DNA of 32,000 nt from Erysipelotrichaceae bacterium (GCA_963676105.1 OY781039.1:600001-632000), one strand, 5' to 3'. Positions 19,331-28,038 are shown, numbered from the stretch's first letter. Numbers and translations are program-made. Notes: generated by a model from the letters alone, not told the origin.

Positions 19331-19801
19331 CTACTCGATTGCTAGAATTTTTACACTTTCACGTGGTTCTACTTCAACTTCAATCCATTCATCAGATACA
19401 GCTCTATCCATAAGCGCAACGGCTAATGGTGTAACGTTTGAAAGTTTTCCGTTAAGAGGATCTGCTTCTACAGATGAAACAATTGTGTAGGTTTCTTGAG
19501 TACCATCGTTTGATTCAATGGTAACTTTAGCACCTAATTTAACAAACAGGTTTTTACCAGCTTCAGCATCAATGATTTCAATGTTTAAAAAGATGTTTTC
19601 TAATTCTCTAATACGTGCTTCAACACGAGCTTGTCTATCACGCGCTGCATCATAGTCAGCATTTTCTGATAAGTCCCCTTGAGCACGAGCCGCTTGTAAG
19701 TCTTCAATAACTTCTGCACGGACGGTATGGATTAAATGATCTTGTTCTTGTTTTAACTCGTCGTAACCGGCTTGTGTTACGCGTACTTTTTCTTGTGCCA
19801 T
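19331..19801 (-). CDS. greA: Transcription elongation factor GreA
   Basis: 156 aa with an N-terminal coiled coil containing the acidic tip (GDLSENADYDAA) and a C-terminal globular domain. Confidence 0.95.
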   Translation of the reverse strand: MAQEKVRVTQAGYDELKQEQDHLIHTVRAEVIEDLQAARAQGDLSENADYDAARDRQARVEARIRELENIFLNIEIIDAEAGKNLFVKLGAKVTIESNDGTQETYTIVSSVEADPLNGKLSNVTPLAVALMDRAVSDEWIEVEVEPRESVKILAIE

Positions 19802-19832
19802 TTAGTGATCTCCTTAATTAATTTGCTTTGAG

Positions 19833-19841
19833 ATTATAGCA
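19833..19841 (-). promoter_or_regulatory. Extended -10 element for greA overlapping the udk stop
   Basis: The reverse strand reads TGCTATAAT, formed by udk's last codons ATG CTA TAA. AAGGAGA RBS and the greA ATG follow. Confidence 0.45.
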
Positions 19842-20457
19842 TATTCGCGACTAGTATGCTACTGATTTTGGTGGTAAGCAAGTCCACCGCTACTTCATTT
19901 TTACCACCTTCAGGGATAATCACATCCGCGTATCGCTTTGATGGTTCAATAAATTGGTCATGCATAGAGCGAACCGTAGACATGTATTGCCCAATCACAT
20001 TTTCTAATGTTCTACCACGATCTCTTACATCACGTGATAAGCGACGGATAAATCGAACATCCGCGTCGGTATCTACAAATAACTTAATATCTAATTGTTC
20101 ACGAATCTTTTCGTCTTCTAAGACAAATAGTCCTTCTAAGACTAAAACATCGCAAGGTGCAATCTCTTCAACTTCTTCTGCTCTGGTATATTCAATAAAA
20201 TCATAGGTTGGTTTATTAATTGAAACTCCTGATTTTAGTTGTTTTAAATGCGCTGCCAATAAATCATTATCAAAGGCAAATGGATGATCATAGTTCACTT
20301 TTAAACGCTCGACCATCGTCATATCCGCTTGATCTTTATAGTAATCATCTTGACGAATAATCGTAATCGATTGCGTATCTTCAAACGCTTTTTTCAAACG
20401 TTTAGATAGTGATGTTTTCCCTGATGCAGATCCCCCTGCAATTCCGATAACAATCAT
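19834..20457 (-). CDS. udk: Uridine kinase
   Basis: 207 aa with P-loop GIAGGSASGKTS and typical Udk length and motifs. Confidence 0.93.
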   Translation of the reverse strand: MIVIGIAGGSASGKTSLSKRLKKAFEDTQSITIIRQDDYYKDQADMTMVERLKVNYDHPFAFDNDLLAAHLKQLKSGVSINKPTYDFIEYTRAEEVEEIAPCDVLVLEGLFVLEDEKIREQLDIKLFVDTDADVRFIRRLSRDVRDRGRTLENVIGQYMSTVRSMHDQFIEPSKRYADVIIPEGGKNEVAVDLLTTKISSILVANML

Positions 20458-20468
20458 AGACTCTCCTC

Positions 20469-21551
20469 TTATTTTAAATATTTTTCAACATTAACTAAAT
20501 GCTCTGCATAAGTCTTTGCGTAAATAACCGTACCATCACCATAAATATCAGCAATGAAGAATAAGTAATCATTATCAATTGGGTTTAAAGTCGCAACAAT
20601 ACTTTGTTCACTAGGATTAGTAATAGGTCCAACCGGTAAACCTTTATACAAATACGTATTATAAGGTGAATCGATTTGCTGATTATCTAAATTCTCACAA
20701 TCACGCCAGCTATCATATTCATAGAGTGCATAACAAACAGTCACACTACTTTGCAAAGCCATATTGGCATCCATTCGATTTAAGAATACTTGTGAGATCA
20801 TTTGCATATCTTCAGTTGTCTTAGCCTCAAATTGGACGATAGAGGCAAATGTTAAGACTTCATGCACATTAAAATTCGATGCATCAAAAGCAGCTTTATT
20901 TTCATCATAGACTTTTTGTGTTTGATTTAAGATACGTCGTGTTAATGAATCAGCTGAAGCTTCAGGATTCATAAAATAGGTTTCAGGCATTAAATAACCT
21001 TCAAGCAATACCTTTTCCCCTTCAACAAACATGTCTTGAGTTAAAACAGAATAAGTTGGCATTAAGGATCTGATATAGTCTTCGTCATTCCATAAGCTTA
21101 ATAAATCATCAGCTGTGACATTAATACATTGTTCAGCAAGTTTTTCAGCGATTGTTTTTGCCCAATCGCCTGGAGCAATGGTAATAATGACATCCTTAGG
21201 CACAGCCGCCGTTGGATCATTTAAAACCGTAAGGATAGTATTCGCATCCATTCCATAGTTTAAATAATACACACCAATTTTAAAATCAGTGAGTTCAACA
21301 TATTTTGCGTATTGTTCAAAGACAAAGGCATTAGAAATCAATTCTTTTTCAATCAATTTATCGGAAATCAATCCTAAAGTATCCCCTTCTTCAACGATAA
21401 AAGAAGTGACATCTTCACTTGATCCTATTGCATCTAAATTTGAATTAACATAATTGAGGATAAAAGCACCACTAGCTAAAATAATGACTAGTAGTGACGC
21501 AAAGATCCATTTAAGCTTGAGCTTCTTCTTGTTCTTCTTCGCTACGTACAT
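20469..21551 (-). CDS. mltG: Endolytic murein transglycosylase MltG (YceG family)
   Basis: 360 aa with an N-terminal TM anchor and a YceG domain that includes the catalytic-Glu region ASIVQFEA. Confidence 0.9.
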   Translation of the reverse strand: MYVAKKNKKKLKLKWIFASLLVIILASGAFILNYVNSNLDAIGSSEDVTSFIVEEGDTLGLISDKLIEKELISNAFVFEQYAKYVELTDFKIGVYYLNYGMDANTILTVLNDPTAAVPKDVIITIAPGDWAKTIAEKLAEQCINVTADDLLSLWNDEDYIRSLMPTYSVLTQDMFVEGEKVLLEGYLMPETYFMNPEASADSLTRRILNQTQKVYDENKAAFDASNFNVHEVLTFASIVQFEAKTTEDMQMISQVFLNRMDANMALQSSVTVCYALYEYDSWRDCENLDNQQIDSPYNTYLYKGLPVGPITNPSEQSIVATLNPIDNDYLFFIADIYGDGTVIYAKTYAEHLVNVEKYLK

Positions 21552-21783
21552 ACGTTTCGAATACCTCGTCTAATTTTGCCCACTCTGCTTGATCTTCAAC
21601 CGCTCTTAAGTGGCCATCGTCATCATAAGCGGAAACAAAAACTTCGCCTTCTTCATCACTAGGATCGATATAAAAGACATATTTTTCTTTTGATTCTTGA
21701 TCTTGATATACATACACCACTTCCATGGTAATTTCGTTGCCTTGATCATCAATGATCACTAATGTTTTTTCTGCTTGTTCCAT
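21511..21783 (-). CDS. DUF1292 family protein (YrzB-like)
   Basis: 90 aa, acidic, with the pattern ...DDQGNEITMEVV...YVFY...DDEGEVFV typical of DUF1292. It lies between ruvX and mltG as in Bacillus. Confidence 0.75.
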   Translation of the reverse strand: MEQAEKTLVIIDDQGNEITMEVVYVYQDQESKEKYVFYIDPSDEEGEVFVSAYDDDGHLRAVEDQAEWAKLDEVFETYVRSEEEQEEAQA

Positions 21784-21784
21784 A

Positions 21785-22207
21785 CTATTTCACTTTCTGT
21801 GCATCTAAATATTCTTGAAGCATTTGAACAGCTGCGACTTGATCGACCACTTTCTTATGCTTTTTTTGTTTTTGATTGTTTGAATGCAATATTTTATGAG
21901 CCGCAACAGAAGTTAAACGCTCATCCCATAAAATAATCGGTGTTTGAGTGAATTGTTCCATCTCTTCTTTAAAGAAAAGTGATCGTTCTCCCGAATAACC
22001 GACACTGCCATCCATGTTTTTAGGAAAACCTAAAATGATCGCATCCACTGGGTGCTCATTTAATAAGGCTTCAACTTGATTAAGCGCATCATCATAATCT
22101 TCACTTTCAAAACGTAGTGTCACAAGTGGTGATGCTAAAAAACCGGATGGATCACTTATCGCAACCCCCACGGTTTTTGTGCCTAGATCTAAAGCGACTG
22201 CTTTCAT
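21785..22207 (-). CDS. ruvX: Putative pre-16S rRNA nuclease / Holliday junction resolvase-like RuvX (YqgF)
   Basis: 140 aa with the N-terminal [12 protein letters not shown] YqgF signature. ATGA overlap with the upstream gene. Confidence 0.9.
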   Translation of the reverse strand: MKAVALDLGTKTVGVAISDPSGFLASPLVTLRFESEDYDDALNQVEALLNEHPVDAIILGFPKNMDGSVGYSGERSLFFKEEMEQFTQTPIILWDERLTSVAAHKILHSNNQKQKKHKKVVDQVAAVQMLQEYLDAQKVK

Positions 22208-22464
22208 TCGCCTTCTTCCAGATAAGTTTTTACTAGTTCTTCAATGATTTCATAACGTTCAACCGTTTGAATTAAACTACGTGCATTCTTATGGCTTGAA
22301 ATATATGCGGGATCATTGGAGATTAAGTAACCGGATAATTGATTGACCGCATTATATCCGCGCTCTTCTAAAGCGTCTTTAACTTGTTTTAAGACAGATT
22401 TGATATTGTCTCTTCTAACTTGTTCAGATTTAAATGCGACGGTTTCTGTGTTTGATTTACTCAC
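22204..22464 (-). CDS. ireB: IreB-family regulatory phosphoprotein (UPF0297/YrzL)
   Basis: 86 aa with a GTG start 6 nt after AAAGGAGGG. The conserved core is [27 protein letters not shown]. Confidence 0.8.
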   Translation of the reverse strand: MSKSNTETVAFKSEQVRRDNIKSVLKQVKDALEERGYNAVNQLSGYLISNDPAYISSHKNARSLIQTVERYEIIEELVKTYLEEGE

Positions 22465-22528
22465 GATGAACCCTCCTTTATATATTTATAATACCGTAAA
22501 TATGTTTATTCATAAACAATAAATCACT

Positions 22529-25138
22529 TTAACGATAGAGATTTAGTGCTTCATCTAGCTTAGAAGCATCCTTACCACCTGCTTGCGCAAAATCAGGACG
22601 TCCACCGCCATTACCACCGCAAAGTGACGCAACTTTTTTAACGACATCACCCGCTTTAAAACCAGCTTCAATCGCTTCTGGTCCACAAGATGCGACAAAC
22701 GCCACTTTATCATTAAAACTTGATCCTAAAAGAATAAAACTATTTGGTACTTGTGCTTTTAAGTTTTCAGCTAAGAGTCTTAAATCTTTCGCATCCACAT
22801 CAACGCGTGCGATGAGTTGTTTATAAGCCCCAACACTGACCATATTATCTAAGAGTGATTTACTTTCAGCACTGGCTAATTTTTGTTTCAAAGACCCTAA
22901 TTCTTGTTTAAGGGCTGTATTTTCTTTAAGACTTAAAGACACGCGATTTTCTACATTTGAAATTGTATTCGCTTTAAAGTATGAAGCAATTTCTTCAAGT
23001 TGTTTTTGATAAGCTAAGAAATCTTCATAAGCACTAAAACCTGTTTTACCCACAATACGTCGAATACCTGAACCAATGGATTCTTCAGAAACCAATTTAA
23101 ACAGCCCAATCTCTTGGGTATTATCCACATGACATCCACCACATAGTTCCATCGACACATCACCCATCGTGACAACCCGTACTTCATCCTCATACTTTTC
23201 AGAGAACAGTGCCATTGCGCCTTTCTCTTTAGCTTGATCAAGTGCCATGACTTCTTTTGCGACAGGAATATGACGTGAAATAGCCGTATTGATTTCTTCT
23301 TCAATTTGTTTGAGTTGATCATCATTGACCTTTTCAAAATGGGTAAAGTCAAAACGAACATATTCATCTGAAACAAAAGATCCTGCTTGGTGAATATGAT
23401 CACCTACAATTTTTTGTAATGCTGCTTGTAGTAAATGTGCAGATGAGTGATTCGCAATAATACGTTGACGACGATTTGTATCAATCGCTAATTCAACCTC
23501 ATCCCCGACTTTAAGTTCACCATAGACCAATTCTATTGAGTGTAAATGTTGTTTAAGCGGTGCTTTTTGAACATCCATAACATTTGCAACGCCATCTTTA
23601 AAATGAATGGTTCCAATATCAGCGACTTGACCACCACTCTCAGCATAGAAAACAGTTTGATCAAAGACCACTTCACCACTTTCATCTAAACTATCGACTT
23701 GTTGTCCTTGTTTAAAACATGCGATAACTTTTGCGTTTGTTTTAAAGGTTTCATAACCGATAAATTCACTCTTTGCTTCAAAGTTCATTAAGTCAACCGA
23801 TTGTGAACCCATCGACTCTGTTTTTTCAACAGCAGCACGCGCACGATCACGTTGTTTTTTCATTTCAGCTTTAAAACCAGCTTCATCCACTAAAAAGCCT
23901 TTTTCTTCTGCAATCTCTTTGGTAAGTTCATAGGGGAAACCATAGGTATCATAGAGTTTAAATGATACTTCACCATCTAAGGTATCGCCTTCATTTAAAT
24001 CATCTAAAGCATTCATTAAGAGGTTTTCACCGGCATTAAGTGTTTTATGGAATCGTTTTTCTTCCGCTAAAACAAGTTTTTCAATGTATTCAACTTTTTC
24101 TTCAACATAAGCATAGAAAGGCGACATCATTGAAGCAACCGTTTGTACGAGTTGATGCATAAAAGCACCTTCAATCTCTAATTTAATCCCAAAACGTACG
24201 GCTCTTCTTAAGATTCTTCTTAAGACATAACCCCTGCCTTCATTAGAGAATAAAGCCCCATCAGCTAAGGCAAAGACAACCGTTCTAATATGGTCTGCGA
24301 TAACGCGATACGCCATTTTATACTCATCTGAGTATGGATGCTTCGCAAGTTTTTCGACTTCTTTAATAACAGGCATAAAGACATCTGTATCAAAGTTTGT
24401 TTCAACGCCTTGAACTAAGGAGATTAAACGTTCAAAGCCCATTCCTGTATCGATATTTTTTTGTGGTAACTCTTTATAATCTTCACGAGCTACCCCTTCT
24501 TTACCATCGTATTGTGAGAAAACAACATTCCAAATTTCAATATAGCGATCATTATCAATTTCTTCAAAAAAGAGTTTTTCACCAATATTTTCTGGATCAT
24601 AGTCTAAACCACGATCATAGAAAATTTCTGAGTTAGGACCACATGGACCTTCACCAATTTGCCAATAGTTATGTTCAGTTTTTAAGATTTTCTTTGGATC
24701 AAAGTGAATCACTTCAGTCCAAATGCGATACGCTTCATCATCACTTGGATGAATGGTGACATACATTCTATCTTTATCCATCCCAATGTATTCTTCAGAT
24801 GTTAAAAACTCCCAAGCAAACTTAAGACCATCTTCTTTAAAATAATCTCCAATTGAAAAGTTACCTAACATTTCAAAGAATGTTTGATGACGTGCTGTTT
24901 TACCCACATTCTCAATATCATTAGTACGAATACATTTTTGCGCATTCGCAATACGATTATTACTAGGTCTTACACTCCCATCAAAATATTTCTTTAAAGC
25001 CGCAACACCACTATTAATCCATAGTAAAGTTGGATCATTTACCGGTACTAAAGAAGCACCAGGTTCGATCATATGACCTTTTGATTTAAAGTAATCTAAG
25101 AATAATTGTCTAACTTCATTTCCACTGCGATATTTCAT
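22529..25138 (-). CDS. alaS: Alanine--tRNA ligase
   Basis: Class II AlaRS with the HSSAHLL editing motif and CGGCHV. The track start (TTG at 25153) lies in TTGGAGGATAAAGAT-ATG. I place the start at ATG 25138 (MKYRSGNEVRQLFLDYF), which has GGAGGA upstream. Confidence 0.97.
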   Translation of the reverse strand: MKYRSGNEVRQLFLDYFKSKGHMIEPGASLVPVNDPTLLWINSGVAALKKYFDGSVRPSNNRIANAQKCIRTNDIENVGKTARHQTFFEMLGNFSIGDYFKEDGLKFAWEFLTSEEYIGMDKDRMYVTIHPSDDEAYRIWTEVIHFDPKKILKTEHNYWQIGEGPCGPNSEIFYDRGLDYDPENIGEKLFFEEIDNDRYIEIWNVVFSQYDGKEGVAREDYKELPQKNIDTGMGFERLISLVQGVETNFDTDVFMPVIKEVEKLAKHPYSDEYKMAYRVIADHIRTVVFALADGALFSNEGRGYVLRRILRRAVRFGIKLEIEGAFMHQLVQTVASMMSPFYAYVEEKVEYIEKLVLAEEKRFHKTLNAGENLLMNALDDLNEGDTLDGEVSFKLYDTYGFPYELTKEIAEEKGFLVDEAGFKAEMKKQRDRARAAVEKTESMGSQSVDLMNFEAKSEFIGYETFKTNAKVIACFKQGQQVDSLDESGEVVFDQTVFYAESGGQVADIGTIHFKDGVANVMDVQKAPLKQHLHSIELVYGELKVGDEVELAIDTNRRQRIIANHSSAHLLQAALQKIVGDHIHQAGSFVSDEYVRFDFTHFEKVNDDQLKQIEEEINTAISRHIPVAKEVMALDQAKEKGAMALFSEKYEDEVRVVTMGDVSMELCGGCHVDNTQEIGLFKLVSEESIGSGIRRIVGKTGFSAYEDFLAYQKQLEEIASYFKANTISNVENRVSLSLKENTALKQELGSLKQKLASAESKSLLDNMVSVGAYKQLIARVDVDAKDLRLLAENLKAQVPNSFILLGSSFNDKVAFVASCGPEAIEAGFKAGDVVKKVASLCGGNGGGRPDFAQAGGKDASKLDEALNLYR

Positions 25139-25154
25139 ATCTTTATCCTCCAAA

Positions 25155-25367
25155 ATATAAAAACGTCCCTAAATAACAGGAACGTTTGTTTAAACACACG
25201 CGGTACCATCCTGATTCATGACAATGTCATGCACCTTGATTACTTTATAACGTAAGTGACACGGATCTTTAGGATCATAGACTTTGTTGGCTTTCGTACA
25301 TGTGATTTTTCACCAAGACATCACTCTCTAAAGGATACGTTTTATAGACAAAGCAGTTTTAATTACG
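25155..25367 (-). promoter_or_regulatory. T-box riboswitch leader controlling alaS (specifier GCC, Ala)
   Basis: On the reverse strand I read the AG-bay AGAGAG, distal loop TTGGTGAAAA, and specifier loop GAA-A-GCC-A (GCC is at 25291..25289). The T-box sequence is AATCAGGATGGTACCGCG (core 25211..25199). The antiterminator is CAGGA[UGGUACC]GCGU...ACGU-UCCUG. The terminator is AACGTTCC-TGTTATTT-AGGGACGTT followed by TTTTAT. Confidence 0.85.
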
Positions 25368-25373
25368 AGTTGA

Positions 25374-25400
25374 TTATACCAAACTAAACTTAGATTTCAA
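25374..25400 (-). promoter_or_regulatory. Promoter of the alaS T-box leader
   Basis: The reverse strand reads TTGAAA (25400..25395), a 16-nt spacer, then TGGTATAAT (extended -10, hexamer 25379..25374). It overlaps the last codons and stop of trpS. Confidence 0.55.
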
Positions 25401-26373
25401 TCCCTATTGCTTTTTGAACCTTAAGTAAAGTTTCATTAGCCACTACACGCGCCTTTGCTTCACCTATTCTTAAAGCTTCATGAACTTCATCTTTATCCAT
25501 GATTTCATGGTATTTAGCTTGTAAGCTTTCAAGTAGTTTGACCACTTCTTCAGCCACCGCTTTTTTAAAGGTTCCATAACCTTCGTTTTCAAATTCTTTG
25601 ACTAAATCCTCAATACTTCTTCCTGATAAAGAACTGTGAATAACAAGTAAATTTGAGATGCCAGGTTGATTAATTGGATCATAAGCCACTTTAGCCAATG
25701 AATCAGTAACGGCTGACATAACTTTTTTATAAGCTACTTTAGGATCATCTAAAAGATAAATACAGCCCTTATCACTCTTATCAGATTTACTCATCTTTTT
25801 AGTTGGATCAGATAAACTCATAATACGTGCCCCTACTTTCGCAATTAAAGGTTGAGGAACATTAAAGAGTTCACCGAATTTATTATTCATACGAATAGAC
25901 ACATCACGTGTTAATTCAACATGTTGTTTTTGATCTTCACCAACAGGGACAAAATCAGGTTGATACGCTAAAATATCAGCTGCCATTAAGGTTGGATAAA
26001 CATAGAATCCAGCCGTTAGACCTTCTTCTCCTTTGGCTTGTCGATCTTTATATTGAGTCATTCGATTTAACTCACCTAAGGATGTATTACAAGCCATGAT
26101 AAAACCAAGTTGAGCTTGTTCCATGACATTTGACTGCATGAAGATATTGGTCTTTTGTGGATCAAGACCACAGGCTAAATAAAGCGCAACCGTATCGTAT
26201 AAGTTTTTATGTAGTTCTTTTGGATCTTGATAGACTGTTAAGGTATGTAAATTCGCAATAAAGACATACATCTCATAATCATCTTGATACTTAACAAACT
26301 CTTTTAATGCGCCAATGTAACTTCCTAAAGTTAATTGACCTGATGGTTTAATACCACTTAACATACGTTTCAT
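25390..26373 (-). CDS. trpS: Tryptophan--tRNA ligase
   Basis: Class I aaRS with a KMSKS loop (KKMSKSD). The track start (TTG at 26397) reads through AGGAGG. I place the start at ATG 26373 (MKRMLSGIKPSG...), 9 nt after AGGAGG. Confidence 0.95.
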   Translation of the reverse strand: MKRMLSGIKPSGQLTLGSYIGALKEFVKYQDDYEMYVFIANLHTLTVYQDPKELHKNLYDTVALYLACGLDPQKTNIFMQSNVMEQAQLGFIMACNTSLGELNRMTQYKDRQAKGEEGLTAGFYVYPTLMAADILAYQPDFVPVGEDQKQHVELTRDVSIRMNNKFGELFNVPQPLIAKVGARIMSLSDPTKKMSKSDKSDKGCIYLLDDPKVAYKKVMSAVTDSLAKVAYDPINQPGISNLLVIHSSLSGRSIEDLVKEFENEGYGTFKKAVAEEVVKLLESLQAKYHEIMDKDEVHEALRIGEAKARVVANETLLKVQKAIGIEI

Positions 26374-26395
26374 ACGTAAATTCCTCCTAAAAGTC

Positions 26396-26608
26396 AAAAA
26401 AGCCCGATATAAGGACGATTTTCTCGCGGTACCACCTTATTTATCAAAGCTTTGATCTCTTCTTCATAACGCTGAAGTCGCGTAAGTTTTCACTTCGATT
26501 CCATAAAGCCCAATTCATGATTCTTACACTCTTTCTTTTTCAGCATCTAAGAAAGTCTCTTTTTTAATGTAATGAAGCACTACTTATCTTTATATCAACA
26601 TCTTTACA
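26396..26608 (-). promoter_or_regulatory. T-box riboswitch leader controlling trpS (specifier UGG, Trp)
   Basis: On the reverse strand I read the AG-bay AAGAGAC, distal loop AGATGCTGAAAA, and specifier GAA-U-UGG-G (UGG is at 26512..26510). The Stem III palindrome is ATCAAAGCTTTGAT. The T-box sequence is AAATAAGGTGGTACCGCGAG (core 26436..26425). The antiterminator is UAAGG[UGGUACC]GCGA-GAAAA-UCGU-CCUUA. A weak hairpin and a T6 run follow. Confidence 0.8.
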
Positions 26609-26614
26609 GAGTGT

Positions 26615-26623
26615 ATTTTATCA
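26615..26623 (-). promoter_or_regulatory. Extended -10 element for the trpS T-box leader
   Basis: The reverse strand reads TGATAAAAT just downstream of the permease stop. The -35 (GTTTAA/TTTAAC) is poor. Confidence 0.4.
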
Positions 26624-26637
26624 TATATGAATGAAAG

Positions 26638-28038
26638 TTAAACCTTCTTTTTTGGTCGAATAAATAAGCCTAAGATGATCACGATAATGGATAAAGCTAA
26701 GTACAGCGCAACTTTAGGATTAGAAAAAGCCCCATATAAAGCCGCAATCGCCCCAACAATCGCAAAGAATGGATAAACTAAACCATTAAGGGTTCCTTCT
26801 ACTTCACCATTTTTATAATCATTAATAATGCCCATAAAGATGGCTAATAAGAAGACATACATCAACATTATAGAAATTTCATCAATGGATATTCCTGAAA
26901 AGATCGACCAATTTAAATAGATGACACCAGTCGTTGTCCCAAAGTGAATCAATAACCAAAATAATGAAATGATTAATGTTAGTAGTGCAGATGTTTTTGG
27001 AATATCTGTCTTTTTATCTAATTTAGATAATTGCTCACTCATCGGTAATTCATTTCTTAATGCGAGTGCATAAGGTAGACGAATATACGCTAAGATTAAA
27101 CCATTTAAAGTACCCATAATTGAAATACTAACCGCTAATAAAACTAAGCGATAACCCATATCACCAAAGATCATTTGTGCAAATACAGATACAGCGCCAT
27201 CCCCAAGTTCTAAGATTTTATCAGGACCTAAAACCGCATTTATACCTAAAAAATACGCTACATAGATACTCATAATGATGAGTGGACTAATACTGAGCGC
27301 TAATGGAAGATTGCGTTTTGGGTTTTTAATTTCGTGGGCAATTGATGGCGCAACTTGCCAACCATCATAGGCAAAGGCTATGGGAACCAAAGCCACAAAA
27401 AAACCACCAGAAATGATGCTTAGATCTTGAAAATGAATCACTTCAGTTACAGATCCTCGACTTAAGCCAAAAAAAGCTAATAAAACTAAAGCTGATAATT
27501 TGATGATCATCGCAATGGATTGAAATTTTCCTGCCCATAGCGTTTTAAAACTATTAAAGGTATAAATACCTGCAATTAAACTTAAACTTAAGACCCATTC
27601 ATTCACTGAAAACGGAAAAGCCCAGTCAGGTAAAAAAGTTAAATTTAGTCCAAAAACACTTTGTGGTTCTGTCCAGCCTAAAAGCATCGTTAAATACATT
27701 GCGCTTACCCATGATAAGACAGCCGTTAATATTGGATAATAAAAGACCGTTTGAAACCAACCAGCTAAATAACCCAGATGCTTTCCCCACGTCATTTCAC
27801 AATAAGTAATTAAACCACCTACATTTTCATCACGTTTGGCTAAGACCGCAATACTTAGCGTTCCAAAAACAATTCCAATACCCCCTAAAACCCAAGCTAG
27901 AACCCCTAGTAAGACTGAACCATTAACAGCTTCTAATATATTATCTGTTTTAAAAAATATCCCTGATCCAACAACAATCCCCACAATCATCGAAACAGCT
28001 GTTAATAAGCCAAACTTTCGAATTTGTTTCTCTTGCAT
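26638..28038 (-). CDS. APC-superfamily amino acid permease
   Basis: 466 aa with about 12 TM helices and the N-terminal VGSGIF motif typical of APC transporters. AAGGAG RBS is present. Confidence 0.8.
   Translation of the reverse strand: MQEKQIRKFGLLTAVSMIVGIVVGSGIFFKTDNILEAVNGSVLLGVLAWVLGGIGIVFGTLSIAVLAKRDENVGGLITYCEMTWGKHLGYLAGWFQTVFYYPILTAVLSWVSAMYLTMLLGWTEPQSVFGLNLTFLPDWAFPFSVNEWVLSLSLIAGIYTFNSFKTLWAGKFQSIAMIIKLSALVLLAFFGLSRGSVTEVIHFQDLSIISGGFFVALVPIAFAYDGWQVAPSIAHEIKNPKRNLPLALSISPLIIMSIYVAYFLGINAVLGPDKILELGDGAVSVFAQMIFGDMGYRLVLLAVSISIMGTLNGLILAYIRLPYALALRNELPMSEQLSKLDKKTDIPKTSALLTLIISLFWLLIHFGTTTGVIYLNWSIFSGISIDEISIMLMYVFLLAIFMGIINDYKNGEVEGTLNGLVYPFFAIVGAIAALYGAFSNPKVALYLALSIIVIILGLFIRPKKKV

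Noticed and set aside
22503-22518. The hairpin TGTTTAT-TC-ATAAACA downstream of alaS could be a terminator separating alaS from ireB.
   Set aside because: The stem is almost entirely A:U, the loop is too small unless the stem is shortened to 5-6 bp, and no clean U-run follows. That is too weak to call.
23014-24636. Two ORFs lie inside alaS: 23014..23403 (minus, 129 aa) and 24397..24636 (plus, 79 aa).
   Set aside because: Both are fully nested in a very well-supported 869-aa AlaRS reading frame, and neither has translation signals. The same reasoning applies to the other nested track ORFs: 1776..1961, 1840..2034, 2965..3198, 3074..3256, 4477..4731, 5654..5866, 7284..7544, 10827..11024, 12394..12630, 14765..14950, 15260..15445, 16756..16989, 19856..20206, 25908..26099, 27836..28060, 28166..28411, 28758..29054 and 29436..29747.
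26501-26503. A second UGG (in UUUAUGGAAUC) is an alternative specifier codon for the trpS T-box.
   Set aside because: The upstream UGG at 26512..26510 sits in the same GAA-N-codon-purine context as the alaS leader (GAA-A-GCC-A), at a comparable distance after the distal-loop helix. The second UGG lacks the preceding GAA. This is a by-eye call, and a covariance-model alignment would settle it.
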